Source: a virus
DNA: 21,737 nucleotides
IMG/VR virus record: IMGVR_UViG_3300023192_002962
Span: 1 to 21,737 of that record
Strand: one strand, 5' to 3'
Below are positions 1 through 8,738 of this stretch, piece by piece (the stretch's first letter is position 1; each line of letters opens with the position of its first letter). The translations under genes and the position numbers were made by a program. The notes below the pieces were generated by a model that was given only the letters and a program-made list of their open reading frames with translations, was not told the DNA's origin and made no database searches.

Positions 1-231
1 ATTATGGGAGATGTTGAGCAAACAGATAAAAAAGGAGAAAATGGTTTACATGATAGTATTCATCGATTTTCTTCTCTTAAGGAAGTTGGGCTGTGTTCTT
101 TTCATAAAGCAGATATTGTGAGGCATCCATTGATAGGTAAGATTCTTGATATGTACACTTCATTTAATAAGGTACCTATAAAGGCTAATGGTGCTGAAGC
201 TTCTAATGGAGTGGCACGCTTCACTCACTAG
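1..231 (+). CDS. phoH: PhoH-family ATPase, C-terminal part (5'-truncated by window edge)
   Basis: GDVEQTD..NGL..DIVRHPLIGKIL matches the PhoH C-terminal GDxxQxD/GL/DxVRHPLV motifs; the frame is open to base 1. Confidence 0.9.
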   Translation: MMGDVEQTDKKGENGLHDSIHRFSSLKEVGLCSFHKADIVRHPLIGKILDMYTSFNKVPIKANGAEASNGVARFTH

Positions 232-256
232 ATAGATAGCCATAACTATTATAGTT

Positions 257-1069
257 ATGAAAAGTCTATCTATTTATAAATTAAAGCAGGGTAACCGAGG
301 TGCTTTTATTACATATCAAAAGTACCTCGATGTTACTACAGATGCCCATACAGCTATTTCTGAGTTTTCGTCTTATGATTCTGATATAGACTATGCACGA
401 TTTCAGCTTTTAAGAGACTCTATGAAGGAGGCCTTAAAAAACAGAAAAGAAGTGTTTGGTCTATCAGCTCAGCAGATCGGAATACCGGCTAGTGCTGTAT
501 ATATAAAGTATAGACCCGATTATCATAAAGAGGGAGAAATATTTTTAACAGATCCAGAGATGCATTTAGCTGAAGGGGCTACACACAAATTCTTTCTGAA
601 AGTAATTAAATGTCCAACTTCCCCAATTCCATACCACATAGGTGTCTTTTCTAGAGAACTAATTATATCTTCTAGCAATGGTGTTGAGTTCAAGGTAACT
701 GAAGAACACAAAAAAGTTGACCCACAGTTAGAATTATCTGCCGCATTACAGACTGCAATCTGGGCAGATAAAGGATACGTAATAGGGGATAATAGCGAAT
801 TACTATTAAGCTATATAAAGACTTGTTTTTTTCTAGAACAAGATCGTAACTTTAAGGAGTCTTTTGACTGTATAATTCATAAAGATGAAATTGAAAGAAT
901 AATAAAGAATATAAAACTGATAGATGTTATTGGTTTTCATAAAACAGGGGCTCAAATAATTATTACTAATTTTATTAAATTGTTATGTAAATATCCCGAT
1001 CAAGAGTGGATCCCTGTGCCGCCCATTAATATGCTTAAGGAGTATAATGAAAATGGGCCCTATTATTAA
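257..1069 (+). CDS. Peptide deformylase-like protein with degenerate active site
   Basis: Motif 1 VFGLSAQQIG (458-481) resembles GxGLAAxQIG; IFLTDPEM resembles VLINPEI; IKCPT sits at the EGCLS position; LQTAIWADKG aligns with IQHEIDHLNG but has no His or Glu. Confidence 0.75.
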   Translation: MKSLSIYKLKQGNRGAFITYQKYLDVTTDAHTAISEFSSYDSDIDYARFQLLRDSMKEALKNRKEVFGLSAQQIGIPASAVYIKYRPDYHKEGEIFLTDPEMHLAEGATHKFFLKVIKCPTSPIPYHIGVFSRELIISSSNGVEFKVTEEHKKVDPQLELSAALQTAIWADKGYVIGDNSELLLSYIKTCFFLEQDRNFKESFDCIIHKDEIERIIKNIKLIDVIGFHKTGAQIIITNFIKLLCKYPDQEWIPVPPINMLKEYNENGPYY

Positions 1070-1445
1070 ATTTAGAGTTCCTGGAAAACGGGAAGGAAAG
1101 CCTTATTATATTGATCCAACGGATGACAAGGATTTTAATCTGATAGAATATATACTTTCTATTTTTGATATACTAAGAATAGACAAAGTTGTACAAAAGA
1201 AATCATTAACAATAACTATTTATATGGGCCATTCAGATCCTATAGAGATTAAGCTGGAGCAGGATCGTTTCATCGATTCGAACAACTATAAGCTTGTTAA
1301 ACAATATGTTAATACAGTTTATAGACAAATCTCTAAGCATTTGGCTATAGAAGATAAAAAATATAAGAGATATCACTCACGTGTGATGGCTGAATATAAA
1401 TTTGAGGAAATGTTAGAAAGAATTGGCTTGTATATAGAGCCATAA
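1047..1445 (+). CDS. Hypothetical protein
   Basis: 132-aa ORF with AAGGAG at 1037-1042; start may be 1047 or 1053; fits the operon packing. Confidence 0.7.
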   Translation: MKMGPIIKFRVPGKREGKPYYIDPTDDKDFNLIEYILSIFDILRIDKVVQKKSLTITIYMGHSDPIEIKLEQDRFIDSNNYKLVKQYVNTVYRQISKHLAIEDKKYKRYHSRVMAEYKFEEMLERIGLYIEP

Positions 1446-1493
1446 CAGTAATAAATTATATAGTATATTTAACAACGACAATCAGGAGATAAA

Positions 1494-1763
1494 ATGAATT
1501 GCAACCTAATACCTAAAGGTAAAAAGCTAGTAATTAAAACAGAAGTGGCCTTGGATAAAACTGAATCCGGCCTATATATTCCCGACTCAGCACAAGATAG
1601 ACCAAATATAGCAAAAGTAATGGTAATTGGCCCAGAAGTAAAGGGGACCAAAAAAGGAGAGACTGTTCTATTTGCCAAATATGCCGGTACTAAATTTGAG
1701 TACGAGGATGTAGAATATTTGTTGATAAACGAGGTTGATGTAATTGCTCAAGTAAAGGAGTAA
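1494..1763 (+). CDS. groES: Co-chaperonin GroES (Cpn10)
   Basis: LIPKGKKLVIK, mobile loop KTESGLYIPDSAQDRP, V.VIGP, GETVLFAKYAGT, YLLINEVDVIA; AGGAG Shine-Dalgarno (SD) upstream. Confidence 0.95.
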   Translation: MNCNLIPKGKKLVIKTEVALDKTESGLYIPDSAQDRPNIAKVMVIGPEVKGTKKGETVLFAKYAGTKFEYEDVEYLLINEVDVIAQVKE

Positions 1764-1768
1764 TCCTA

Positions 1769-2098
1769 ATGCCTATACGGCGGTGGACAACTACTAAGGT
1801 TATCAATGAGATTTTATCTTTCCCAACCGATAAACGATATTCCTCATATATAAAAAAGCACAGAGAAGAGCTTTGGAAAGCAGGCGTTAGATACTTTGGC
1901 TCTTGGCAGCAGGCTATAAAAGCCTGTGGTTTAGATTATGAGGATATTGTCCGTTATGGGCCTCGAGGCTCTCCATCAAATAAAACAAATAGAAAGTGCT
2001 CTGAAAGTGCTTGTAATCGAAAACATCACGCAAAAGGATTATGCCATATTCACTATAATATTGATCGTCGATCTAGTCTGAGCGAGACATATCTATGA
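1769..2098 (+). CDS. Small putative DNA-binding protein (homing-endonuclease-associated repeat plus C3H zinc finger, no nuclease domain)
   Basis: RYFGSWQQAIKACGL resembles the FGSW repeat found with HNH endonucleases; CSESAC-x5-AKGLCHIHY resembles the Zn finger found N-terminal to phage HNH domains; AAGGAG SD. Confidence 0.6.
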   Translation: MPIRRWTTTKVINEILSFPTDKRYSSYIKKHREELWKAGVRYFGSWQQAIKACGLDYEDIVRYGPRGSPSNKTNRKCSESACNRKHHAKGLCHIHYNIDRRSSLSETYL

Positions 2099-2484
2099 TA
2101 GTTGTAGATACTTATTCCAATGGATCGTTTATACCTGTTTATTATGAACGTAAACATGTACGAACTTATATGGTACAGCAGCTAAAGTGCTCTTTGCTAC
2201 TTAAGGAGGTGGATGGTTTTGAGATTGATTTAGATTCGCAGTATGAGTTGGAAATTCCTAGAGGAATACGAGTCCATAAGGACCTTAAAAAGTTTTTTAA
2301 AATTATCTCTGGAGACAATTATAGACTAATAGTGATTAAATGCTCCTCCTTACAGATAAAAAGGGGATCTTTTAACTCATCTAGTGGTGATATAATGTTT
2401 AAAGATATGATTCAATTGCCTCATATAATAGAGAAAAAATTGTTAGGATTAATGGAAAAGTGTTCAATAAGAAGTCAAGAATAA
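2095..2484 (+). CDS. Hypothetical protein
   Basis: 129-aa ORF with an ATGA overlap to the upstream gene. Confidence 0.65.
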   Translation: MIVVDTYSNGSFIPVYYERKHVRTYMVQQLKCSLLLKEVDGFEIDLDSQYELEIPRGIRVHKDLKKFFKIISGDNYRLIVIKCSSLQIKRGSFNSSSGDIMFKDMIQLPHIIEKKLLGLMEKCSIRSQE

Positions 2485-2485
2485 T

Positions 2486-3784
2486 ATGGCATACATAAGA
2501 AGAGAAAAGGTTAAAAGAGATCCTAAAGATATAGCTGGGGATCAAAGTGTAGTATCTACAGAACAACAACTGAAGGATTCTGTGGAAAAAATGGTACGTT
2601 TTGAAATGCCAACAGGAATTTTTGCCTCAGATGATCCTATTTTGGATTTGGCAGATGATTTAGAAACTTTGAAACTTTTAGAGGAAATGGAAGAGGCACT
2701 AGTTGATCTAGAGAAAATTGTAAATGACAAAATAGATGATATGAATATTCCTGTGGGGGCAGATATTCCAGGAGAAGTTAGCATTGACCCTGAAACGGGA
2801 GATGTTGTGGTTACTCCCAGTGAGGGAGCAGGAACTTCTGATGGACCAGGCTCAGGAGCAGAAATTGGGAATATGACTATACTAGAAGCCCTTAAAACAC
2901 TTAATGGCGGTGTTTCTACTTCAAGTATTACTGGAGATTTATTTAAAACTGCGTTTGAATTAGTTATGGATGGGTCTATTCATGTAACTGGAATTGATCC
3001 GCTTAGGTTAATTTTCAATGACTTTGGTACTGATCCTGTTACAGGATTACCCTTAGCTCCAATGCCAAAACATACAAACGACTCGGCTAATGCCAATAGT
3101 GTTGCTGCAGCAAGAATGAGCTGTAGTGACCTAAAAGACCATAAAGATCAACCTGATATAGATACCGAAACAGGAGAGTTTATTAATCCCGATGTAGAAC
3201 TGTCGAATATTAACACAGTTTTAGAAAAACAGAAACGTATTACCCTTTGGGATCTAGTAGTCAAACTAATGAACTTAATACTATATTTTATATTTAAGAT
3301 TCCATATGATTTTTTAGGGAAGTTTAGGGGAAGAATAGTAAGGCGAGCAGTAAGGAGCCCAAGGAACTGGTGTAAAAGACAAATGGATAAGTATTACTGT
3401 TATGTAACAGGAGAGTGTGAGGATACAGACATATCTGATGAAGAATTTATGGATGCTAATATGGAACAACCTATAGACGAAAGTGCATTTGCAGGAGAGG
3501 AACCAAAACCTGACGTGGGCGCTGGTCTGGATTGTATTGTCGCTGCTGCCGCCGTCATGTCGTATGCTACTAGTAGTATGTCTACTAATGTAGATGCAAA
3601 AGCATACTCTAATGCTAAAGAGCAAAGACAGTATCATGAGTCGATGAAACACGGAGAAATAATGAATATAAAAAATAAATTATTGCTCAGATTTCGTATA
3701 GAGGAATTAGATTCATCTACTAAAGGAAGTCCAAGAGATCGTAGAAGATTTTATGGAAAAAGAAGAAAAAGTTATCCATGGTAA
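2486..3784 (+). CDS. Hypothetical acidic protein with one hydrophobic helix and a basic C-terminal tail (possible virion protein)
   Basis: 432-aa ORF; hydrophobic stretch LWDLVVKLMNLILYFIFKIPY; shares GIDPLRL with the 11954-14497 product. Confidence 0.75.
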   Translation: MAYIRREKVKRDPKDIAGDQSVVSTEQQLKDSVEKMVRFEMPTGIFASDDPILDLADDLETLKLLEEMEEALVDLEKIVNDKIDDMNIPVGADIPGEVSIDPETGDVVVTPSEGAGTSDGPGSGAEIGNMTILEALKTLNGGVSTSSITGDLFKTAFELVMDGSIHVTGIDPLRLIFNDFGTDPVTGLPLAPMPKHTNDSANANSVAAARMSCSDLKDHKDQPDIDTETGEFINPDVELSNINTVLEKQKRITLWDLVVKLMNLILYFIFKIPYDFLGKFRGRIVRRAVRSPRNWCKRQMDKYYCYVTGECEDTDISDEEFMDANMEQPIDESAFAGEEPKPDVGAGLDCIVAAAAVMSYATSSMSTNVDAKAYSNAKEQRQYHESMKHGEIMNIKNKLLLRFRIEELDSSTKGSPRDRRRFYGKRRKSYPW

Positions 3785-3993
3785 TGGACATAGATAAATT
3801 AAGTAGACGAGAGGTTTACTTTGGAGCTTATCGAATAGAATGGTCTGATCAAAAGATAGTACTTGACTGCGTCTGTGGAGAAAAAGATGTAGAAGTGTTT
3901 TCAGATCAATTTAGTTATTGTCCAAAATGCTCTAGACGTTTCTCTATACAGGAGATAATAAAAATGGAAGAACCTATGCAAGGAGAAGAATAA
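3778..3993 (+). CDS. Small zinc-ribbon protein
   Basis: CVCG...CPKC pairs; start is 3778 or the ATG two codons downstream at the upstream stop. Confidence 0.65.
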   Translation: MVMDIDKLSRREVYFGAYRIEWSDQKIVLDCVCGEKDVEVFSDQFSYCPKCSRRFSIQEIIKMEEPMQGEE

Positions 3994-4338
3994 ATGGCAT
4001 TTATAAATGTAAATAAAGTGGATGTTAGTTTTGTGGAAGAAACCTCACAGGGCAGTGTATTAACTGCTCATATAAATAGTAGAATTGCGTCGTTGGTTTC
4101 TGCTAGTGGAGGTTCTGCTAGATTTAATTATGCACGGACAGATGTATCATATATAAAGGAACAAGTAATAATTCCTAATATAGGGGCGGGTACTTGTTCT
4201 GATACCTCTTACACTGGTACAATTACAACTCAATCAGCATGTGAAGCAGTGTCTGGAACATGGATACCTGAAGTTATGACAATATTTCCATATTTTCTGG
4301 TTACAATTTCCTATATACAGGTAACTGGATCTGCGTGA
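3994..4338 (+). CDS. Hypothetical protein carrying a two-cysteine GxC..CE..W module
   Basis: 114-aa ORF abutting the upstream stop; GTCSDTSY...CEAVSGTW at 4189-4263. Confidence 0.7.
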   Translation: MAFINVNKVDVSFVEETSQGSVLTAHINSRIASLVSASGGSARFNYARTDVSYIKEQVIIPNIGAGTCSDTSYTGTITTQSACEAVSGTWIPEVMTIFPYFLVTISYIQVTGSA

Positions 4339-4973
4339 TGGTTCGTAAATTATTTATTACAGAAGATATTACAGCAACCTCTGGGGATGGAGTTAAAGAT
4401 AATTCTCTTATTAAAAATATTGTAGAGGGAATTTCTTCTTTAGATAATTGTAAAAAAGAACCTATACATGTTTTTTTAGATACAGATGGTGGTAATATAA
4501 AAACTGCTCTATCTATTTATGATTTACTTAGAGCTTGTAATGCTCCTATTCATACTTATGCTATGTCAGAAGTAAGCTCTGCTGGAGTATTAATATACCT
4601 AGCAGGGAAGAAGAGATATGCCTTTAAGCATACGGAATTTATGACCCATCCTTCATCATTATCAATAACAGCAAATTCCTTGGAGATACAAGAAACACTT
4701 AATATGTTATTGGAACAAGGAAAAAAGGTAGAAAGAATATTTAAGAATCGTTTGAGTATGGGTAAAAAGAAGTTTAATAGTTTGCATAGCTCAACAACTT
4801 GGATTGATAGTATTTATGCTAAAAAATTAAGAATAGTTACTGATATTATTGATAAAATTCCGTTGGAGTTATTGTCGGAGGAACAGGAAAAACTTGAGAT
4901 AGAGGGCATGTTGGTAGATACCTTGGCAGATAAAATCATAGAAAAAATAAAAGAGGACAGGTCAGATGACTAA
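4338..4973 (+). CDS. clpP: ClpP-family (ATP-dependent Clp protease proteolytic subunit-like) protein
   Basis: IHVFLDTDGG, SIYDLL, VSSAGVLIYLAG (nucleophile Ser 4578-4580), FMTHP (His 4647-4649); the Asp position appears to be Thr. Start is ATG 4338 or GTG 4335. Confidence 0.85.
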   Translation: MVRKLFITEDITATSGDGVKDNSLIKNIVEGISSLDNCKKEPIHVFLDTDGGNIKTALSIYDLLRACNAPIHTYAMSEVSSAGVLIYLAGKKRYAFKHTEFMTHPSSLSITANSLEIQETLNMLLEQGKKVERIFKNRLSMGKKKFNSLHSSTTWIDSIYAKKLRIVTDIIDKIPLELLSEEQEKLEIEGMLVDTLADKIIEKIKEDRSDD

Positions 4974-5610
4974 TACATATATAATAGATTGTGTTGACAC
5001 AACAGACTCATGGAACAACTATCAGAATATAGATAAATTTTTTGTAGCAGTTAATAAAGTACCTTTGCTTGTAACACTTTCTACTGCGATAGTAGAGTTA
5101 GATTTGTGCTCTGATATTTATATAGCATCAATAGCAACAAAACCACTTAGTGTTGCTGGGTCTACTCAGCTATTGATTGATGATTCTACTGAATATGGAA
5201 GTTTTAGCTCTTGGCTTAAGTCTTATGAAAAGTGGAATAAAAAGGGATCTACTATTTTTTTAACAGGAGGAACTTATTATACACCTTTGTCAATGGATAG
5301 TATCTGTACTAATGTTGTTGAAGAACTTGTAGTTTATGGTAGAAAATTTGGAAGTAAATTTGGAATATCCGATAGATCAGAGATATATGGTTTAGCATTT
5401 TCATCGGACAGGCATAATGATATTAGGGATGCAATGACCAAAGTCGTAGCACAATGTAGTAATGGTGATAGAAATATACTTACTTTAAAGGATACATTAG
5501 AATATATTGAATCTTATAAATGGGTCAACTTAGATGATGCTACACAAGAAATAAAAACTCCAAAGGAGTACCATGCTCTAATGAATACTTTAGAGTTGTT
5601 GAAACTGTAA
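4966..5610 (+). CDS. Degenerate NTP-transferase (GT-A fold, MobA/LicC/GlmU-like) protein
   Basis: YII..W..K.F..VN..PLL at the N-terminus, TIFLTGGTYY at the ..LxGDxxF position, and QEIKTPKEY at the xIDTPEDY position; the GxGxR loop and catalytic Asp residues are absent. Confidence 0.55.
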   Translation: MTNTYIIDCVDTTDSWNNYQNIDKFFVAVNKVPLLVTLSTAIVELDLCSDIYIASIATKPLSVAGSTQLLIDDSTEYGSFSSWLKSYEKWNKKGSTIFLTGGTYYTPLSMDSICTNVVEELVVYGRKFGSKFGISDRSEIYGLAFSSDRHNDIRDAMTKVVAQCSNGDRNILTLKDTLEYIESYKWVNLDDATQEIKTPKEYHALMNTLELLKL

Positions 5611-5975
5611 TGAAGTTTATAAAAGATTATCAACAACTGCCGCAACCAGTACAAGTAATGGTAGTTAATTTCTTAAAGGGAGACGTTAATGAACCTGAAG
5701 TATACGAAACTACTTCGGATGAGTATGATCATTTAGCTAAAACAGATCAAGTAGTTACTCAGTTATTGTATTGGAGAGCCTATCATAAATTTTATGCAGT
5801 ACTTGTGGGAGATGCACAACGTAAGGTTCAATCAAAACATGTAATACATGATCCTTATTATAAGCCGTGTAGCATCCTTGCTTTTTATGAAGTTGATGAA
5901 GCAGGAATTAGATTATGGAACAAAAAGTATAAAGAGAAATCCTTAGATCGTAATATTTTAGAGTTTGAGGAATAA
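5610..5975 (+). CDS. Hypothetical protein
   Basis: 121-aa ORF with a TAATG overlap to the upstream gene. Confidence 0.7.
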   Translation: MKFIKDYQQLPQPVQVMVVNFLKGDVNEPEVYETTSDEYDHLAKTDQVVTQLLYWRAYHKFYAVLVGDAQRKVQSKHVIHDPYYKPCSILAFYEVDEAGIRLWNKKYKEKSLDRNILEFEE

Positions 5976-6171
5976 CATAAAAGAATTAAAAAGTAAAGTT
6001 TGTGCGTACTTATCGAAGCAAGCTACCTCTAGTTTGTTAAAGTATAGAGAGTTATTTATATTTAAAGAAGTTCTGGGACATTTAGGTCCTGATTGCAACT
6101 ATCTAGTAGGATGTATGGAAGCTATTATTAAAAATAAGGAATTATGGACGAAGCTAAAACCAAAGATATAA
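5965..6171 (+). CDS. Hypothetical small protein
   Basis: 68-aa TTG-start ORF that exactly fills the gap between its neighbours. Confidence 0.45.
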   Translation: MRNNIKELKSKVCAYLSKQATSSLLKYRELFIFKEVLGHLGPDCNYLVGCMEAIIKNKELWTKLKPKI

Positions 6172-6938
6172 AGCAAAAGAATGACATATCTAGGATAGAG
6201 GAGGTTTCTAAGGCTCTTGAAAAAATAAAAGACAATGAACAAATAAAGTTAAGTTTATTACCAGAGTCTTCAGAAGTTAATCGAATCCTTAGTGCGTATC
6301 CTGTAGAGCAACGTGAGGATATTGAGCTAACTAAGGAGCAAGTATTAAAGTTATTACGGAACTCTAAGATTTCAACTTTTGGGGTAAATAATACCTTACC
6401 TCTTATCTGTAAGCAGGAGGAGTGTCAATTTGAAAGTATCTGTGTTTTTCAACAAATGGGAATTGCTCCACTTGGGGAAAGGTGTCCAGAAGAAATTATG
6501 TACTTAGATTCAATGGTACCTCAATTAATTACAGATTTTGGGGTAGATTTGGAAAATTATTTAGAAGTAAACATGGTACAAGAATATGCATCTGCATTAC
6601 TTGATAAACGGAGGGCTGATAAAATGATTGCATTAGAAGGAGATGTTAAAGAAGTGGCTACTGCAGTTGTGCAGGCTACCGGAACTATAATCTATAATGA
6701 TCAAGTGACCCCTTATGTAGATATAAAAGATAAATCGACTAGAAAATTGTCCTTAATTAGAAAAGAGTTATTAGCTACTAGAGAACAACGAGCTAAGTAT
6801 AAGCTTACCGATACACACGATCCGTCTACTAGGGCATCTGATATTAAGAAAAGATTTTTAGAAATACAGGCACGAGAAAAAGACCGTGTACAGGAAGAAC
6901 AACAATCTATTGACAAAGCCTTTGAGGATACCAAATAA
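6144..6938 (+). CDS. Putative terminase small subunit (Cys4 cluster plus helical C-terminus)
   Basis: C-x4-C-x5-C-x13-C motif, helical LLATREQRAK region and position upstream of TerL. The function is inferred from context only. Confidence 0.45.
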   Translation: MDEAKTKDIKQKNDISRIEEVSKALEKIKDNEQIKLSLLPESSEVNRILSAYPVEQREDIELTKEQVLKLLRNSKISTFGVNNTLPLICKQEECQFESICVFQQMGIAPLGERCPEEIMYLDSMVPQLITDFGVDLENYLEVNMVQEYASALLDKRRADKMIALEGDVKEVATAVVQATGTIIYNDQVTPYVDIKDKSTRKLSLIRKELLATREQRAKYKLTDTHDPSTRASDIKKRFLEIQAREKDRVQEEQQSIDKAFEDTK

Positions 6939-7702
6939 TGCCTAAATTACCAGATTCCGGATTACTTTCACAGATTGCACAGGGTTTTAGCGCTGCGGCA
7001 GGACCTAGTAAACTTATAGGAGGAATGGCTATCTTTGGAGGAGGTATATTTACTGCATCTGCTTTACAACAAACTAGTATGCCTATGGTAGGTAGTTCTA
7101 TGAGTAGAGAAGAGTTAGAAAACCTAAGACAAGCAGGAGGTATTTCAGGTACTTGGTCTCGTCTAAAAGCAGTAGCAGCTGTTGGGGCGATGCACGGTGC
7201 GTTTGGAAAGTCCCAGAGCCTTACACAATCTTTACTTAGCGGTACAGGAGGTGCATGGAAAGGCACAACTGAGTATGTAACTTCTAGGGGAGCAGATTTA
7301 TTTAAAGCTACACAAGAGTTGCCCGGTGTTAAGACTGCAGCTACTATAGGAGGAATAAGTGGAGTTTTACTAGGAGGGCTGGTTGGTTTAAAATTTGGAG
7401 GATTAAAACGTGCAACATCAGGGGCTATTATAGGGGGGCTTTTAGGAGGCGTAGCGGCTGGAACTGGGATGGCCAAAGTAGATCTTGCTGTATCAAGAAC
7501 AGTTATTCAGGCTAGAAAAAATGTGCTATCAAAAGGAAGAGCAGCAAGAATGTCTAATAGAGTCAAGTCTGGGGGACCGGGCTATAGATTATGGGCAAAT
7601 AGAATGAGAGGTGCTGTTCCTATGGGCAAGCCTGGTCATTTAGGAATGAATGGAGCTTTGCCTTTTGCTATGCATAAAGCTAGAAATAGGAGTACTGTAT
7701 AA
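6938..7702 (+). CDS. Gly/Ala-rich protein with glycine-zipper hydrophobic segments (putative virion/ejection protein)
   Basis: GGISGVLLGGLVG and GAIIGGLLGGVAAG GxxxG arrays; basic C-terminus; TAATG overlaps on both sides. Confidence 0.6.
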   Translation: MPKLPDSGLLSQIAQGFSAAAGPSKLIGGMAIFGGGIFTASALQQTSMPMVGSSMSREELENLRQAGGISGTWSRLKAVAAVGAMHGAFGKSQSLTQSLLSGTGGAWKGTTEYVTSRGADLFKATQELPGVKTAATIGGISGVLLGGLVGLKFGGLKRATSGAIIGGLLGGVAAGTGMAKVDLAVSRTVIQARKNVLSKGRAARMSNRVKSGGPGYRLWANRMRGAVPMGKPGHLGMNGALPFAMHKARNRSTV

Positions 7703-8736
7703 TGCCAAGCGTTGCATCTTCTACTATGTTTCCAGGTTTATCGTTCGCTGATAGGTACGGAGCTGCTATAGTTAGTGGTGGAGGAGCTTTTGGCGCGCAA
7801 GCTGTTACTGGTATTAATCCATTAATGGCAATTACTCCAGGACCTATTGTAGCGGCATCTTTAGGGATGTTAACGCTTAATCCTGTGTCAGCTGCTGGAA
7901 GAGTTTGGAGTGGTGTTACCGGATGGAAAGGAATATTTTCTAAAACAATACCTGGACTAAGCTCTACCTGGGAGTATGGAGGAGCTTGGGGGTACAAAAC
8001 ACTATTAACCGGACTTGGAGACACACCAGTTGCCGCTAGCATGTGGGCTAAAGCTTCCTTAGGAAATGTTGTATTGTCTGCAACAGAAGCTCTTGGTATG
8101 TTTCTTAGAGATACAGCTGGAATGCAGTCCAGTACCATTATACAAGCGATGTCTAATGCACGGAGATTAGGACTAGCTGGAATGCTCAATGTTACAGAAG
8201 GTGGAGCACAAGCATCGACAGCTGCAGCTATGAAACACAAGTGGGCTTATTATTTAGCTGGTAGAGATCCAATTGCAGAAAAGGCTGCTGGTAATTTATC
8301 AACAAAGATATTAGGCGATAACAAGAGTAAAATTGTTGGAACAGCTTTAAAAAAAGTAGGAGGGAAAGGTTCGCTTGCTATATCTCCCTTAGCAGCTGCT
8401 ACGGGGGTAACAATAGCAGGAGGGTTGGCAGGTAAAGCCTTAAGCGTTGCTAGTGGTGCTTATAGTTTGTATACTATTTATCAAATTGGTGCCTTAGCAG
8501 GTGGATGGGCCTTTAAGACTTCAATAGCTGGCATGGGAGAAGCAGCAACATCCATTATGACTTACTTGGATGAAATAAATAAACCTAATATGGGTAGAGG
8601 TCGAATTCCTACAGCTCTTCTAAGTGACGGAGCTGCAACCGAGAGACAAAGAGCAATAAGAGCAAGTTATGCTTCAAAAATAAATCCAGCAAATAGAATG
8701 TATGGAAATGAAGCTCAATATCATCATTCGAGGTAA
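7702..8736 (+). CDS. Gly/Ala-rich hydrophobic protein (putative virion/ejection protein)
   Basis: 344 aa, very few acidic residues, several hydrophobic Gly/Ala segments, C-terminal ATERQRAI..GNEA. Confidence 0.6.
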   Translation: MPSVASSTMFPGLSFADRYGAAIVSGGGAFGAQAVTGINPLMAITPGPIVAASLGMLTLNPVSAAGRVWSGVTGWKGIFSKTIPGLSSTWEYGGAWGYKTLLTGLGDTPVAASMWAKASLGNVVLSATEALGMFLRDTAGMQSSTIIQAMSNARRLGLAGMLNVTEGGAQASTAAAMKHKWAYYLAGRDPIAEKAAGNLSTKILGDNKSKIVGTALKKVGGKGSLAISPLAAATGVTIAGGLAGKALSVASGAYSLYTIYQIGALAGGWAFKTSIAGMGEAATSIMTYLDEINKPNMGRGRIPTALLSDGAATERQRAIRASYASKINPANRMYGNEAQYHHSR

Positions 8737-8738
8737 CC

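Noticed and set aside
243-257. Inverted repeat TAACTA-tta-TAGTTA before the PDF-like gene
   Set aside because: Short, almost all A/T and expected by chance at this composition.
2095-2484. Possible dUTPase remnant (YELEIPRG)
   Set aside because: Only one short resemblance; none of the five dUTPase motifs is recognisable.
4071-4078. Second TATAAATA match
   Set aside because: It lies inside a coding region and is likely chance in AT-rich DNA.
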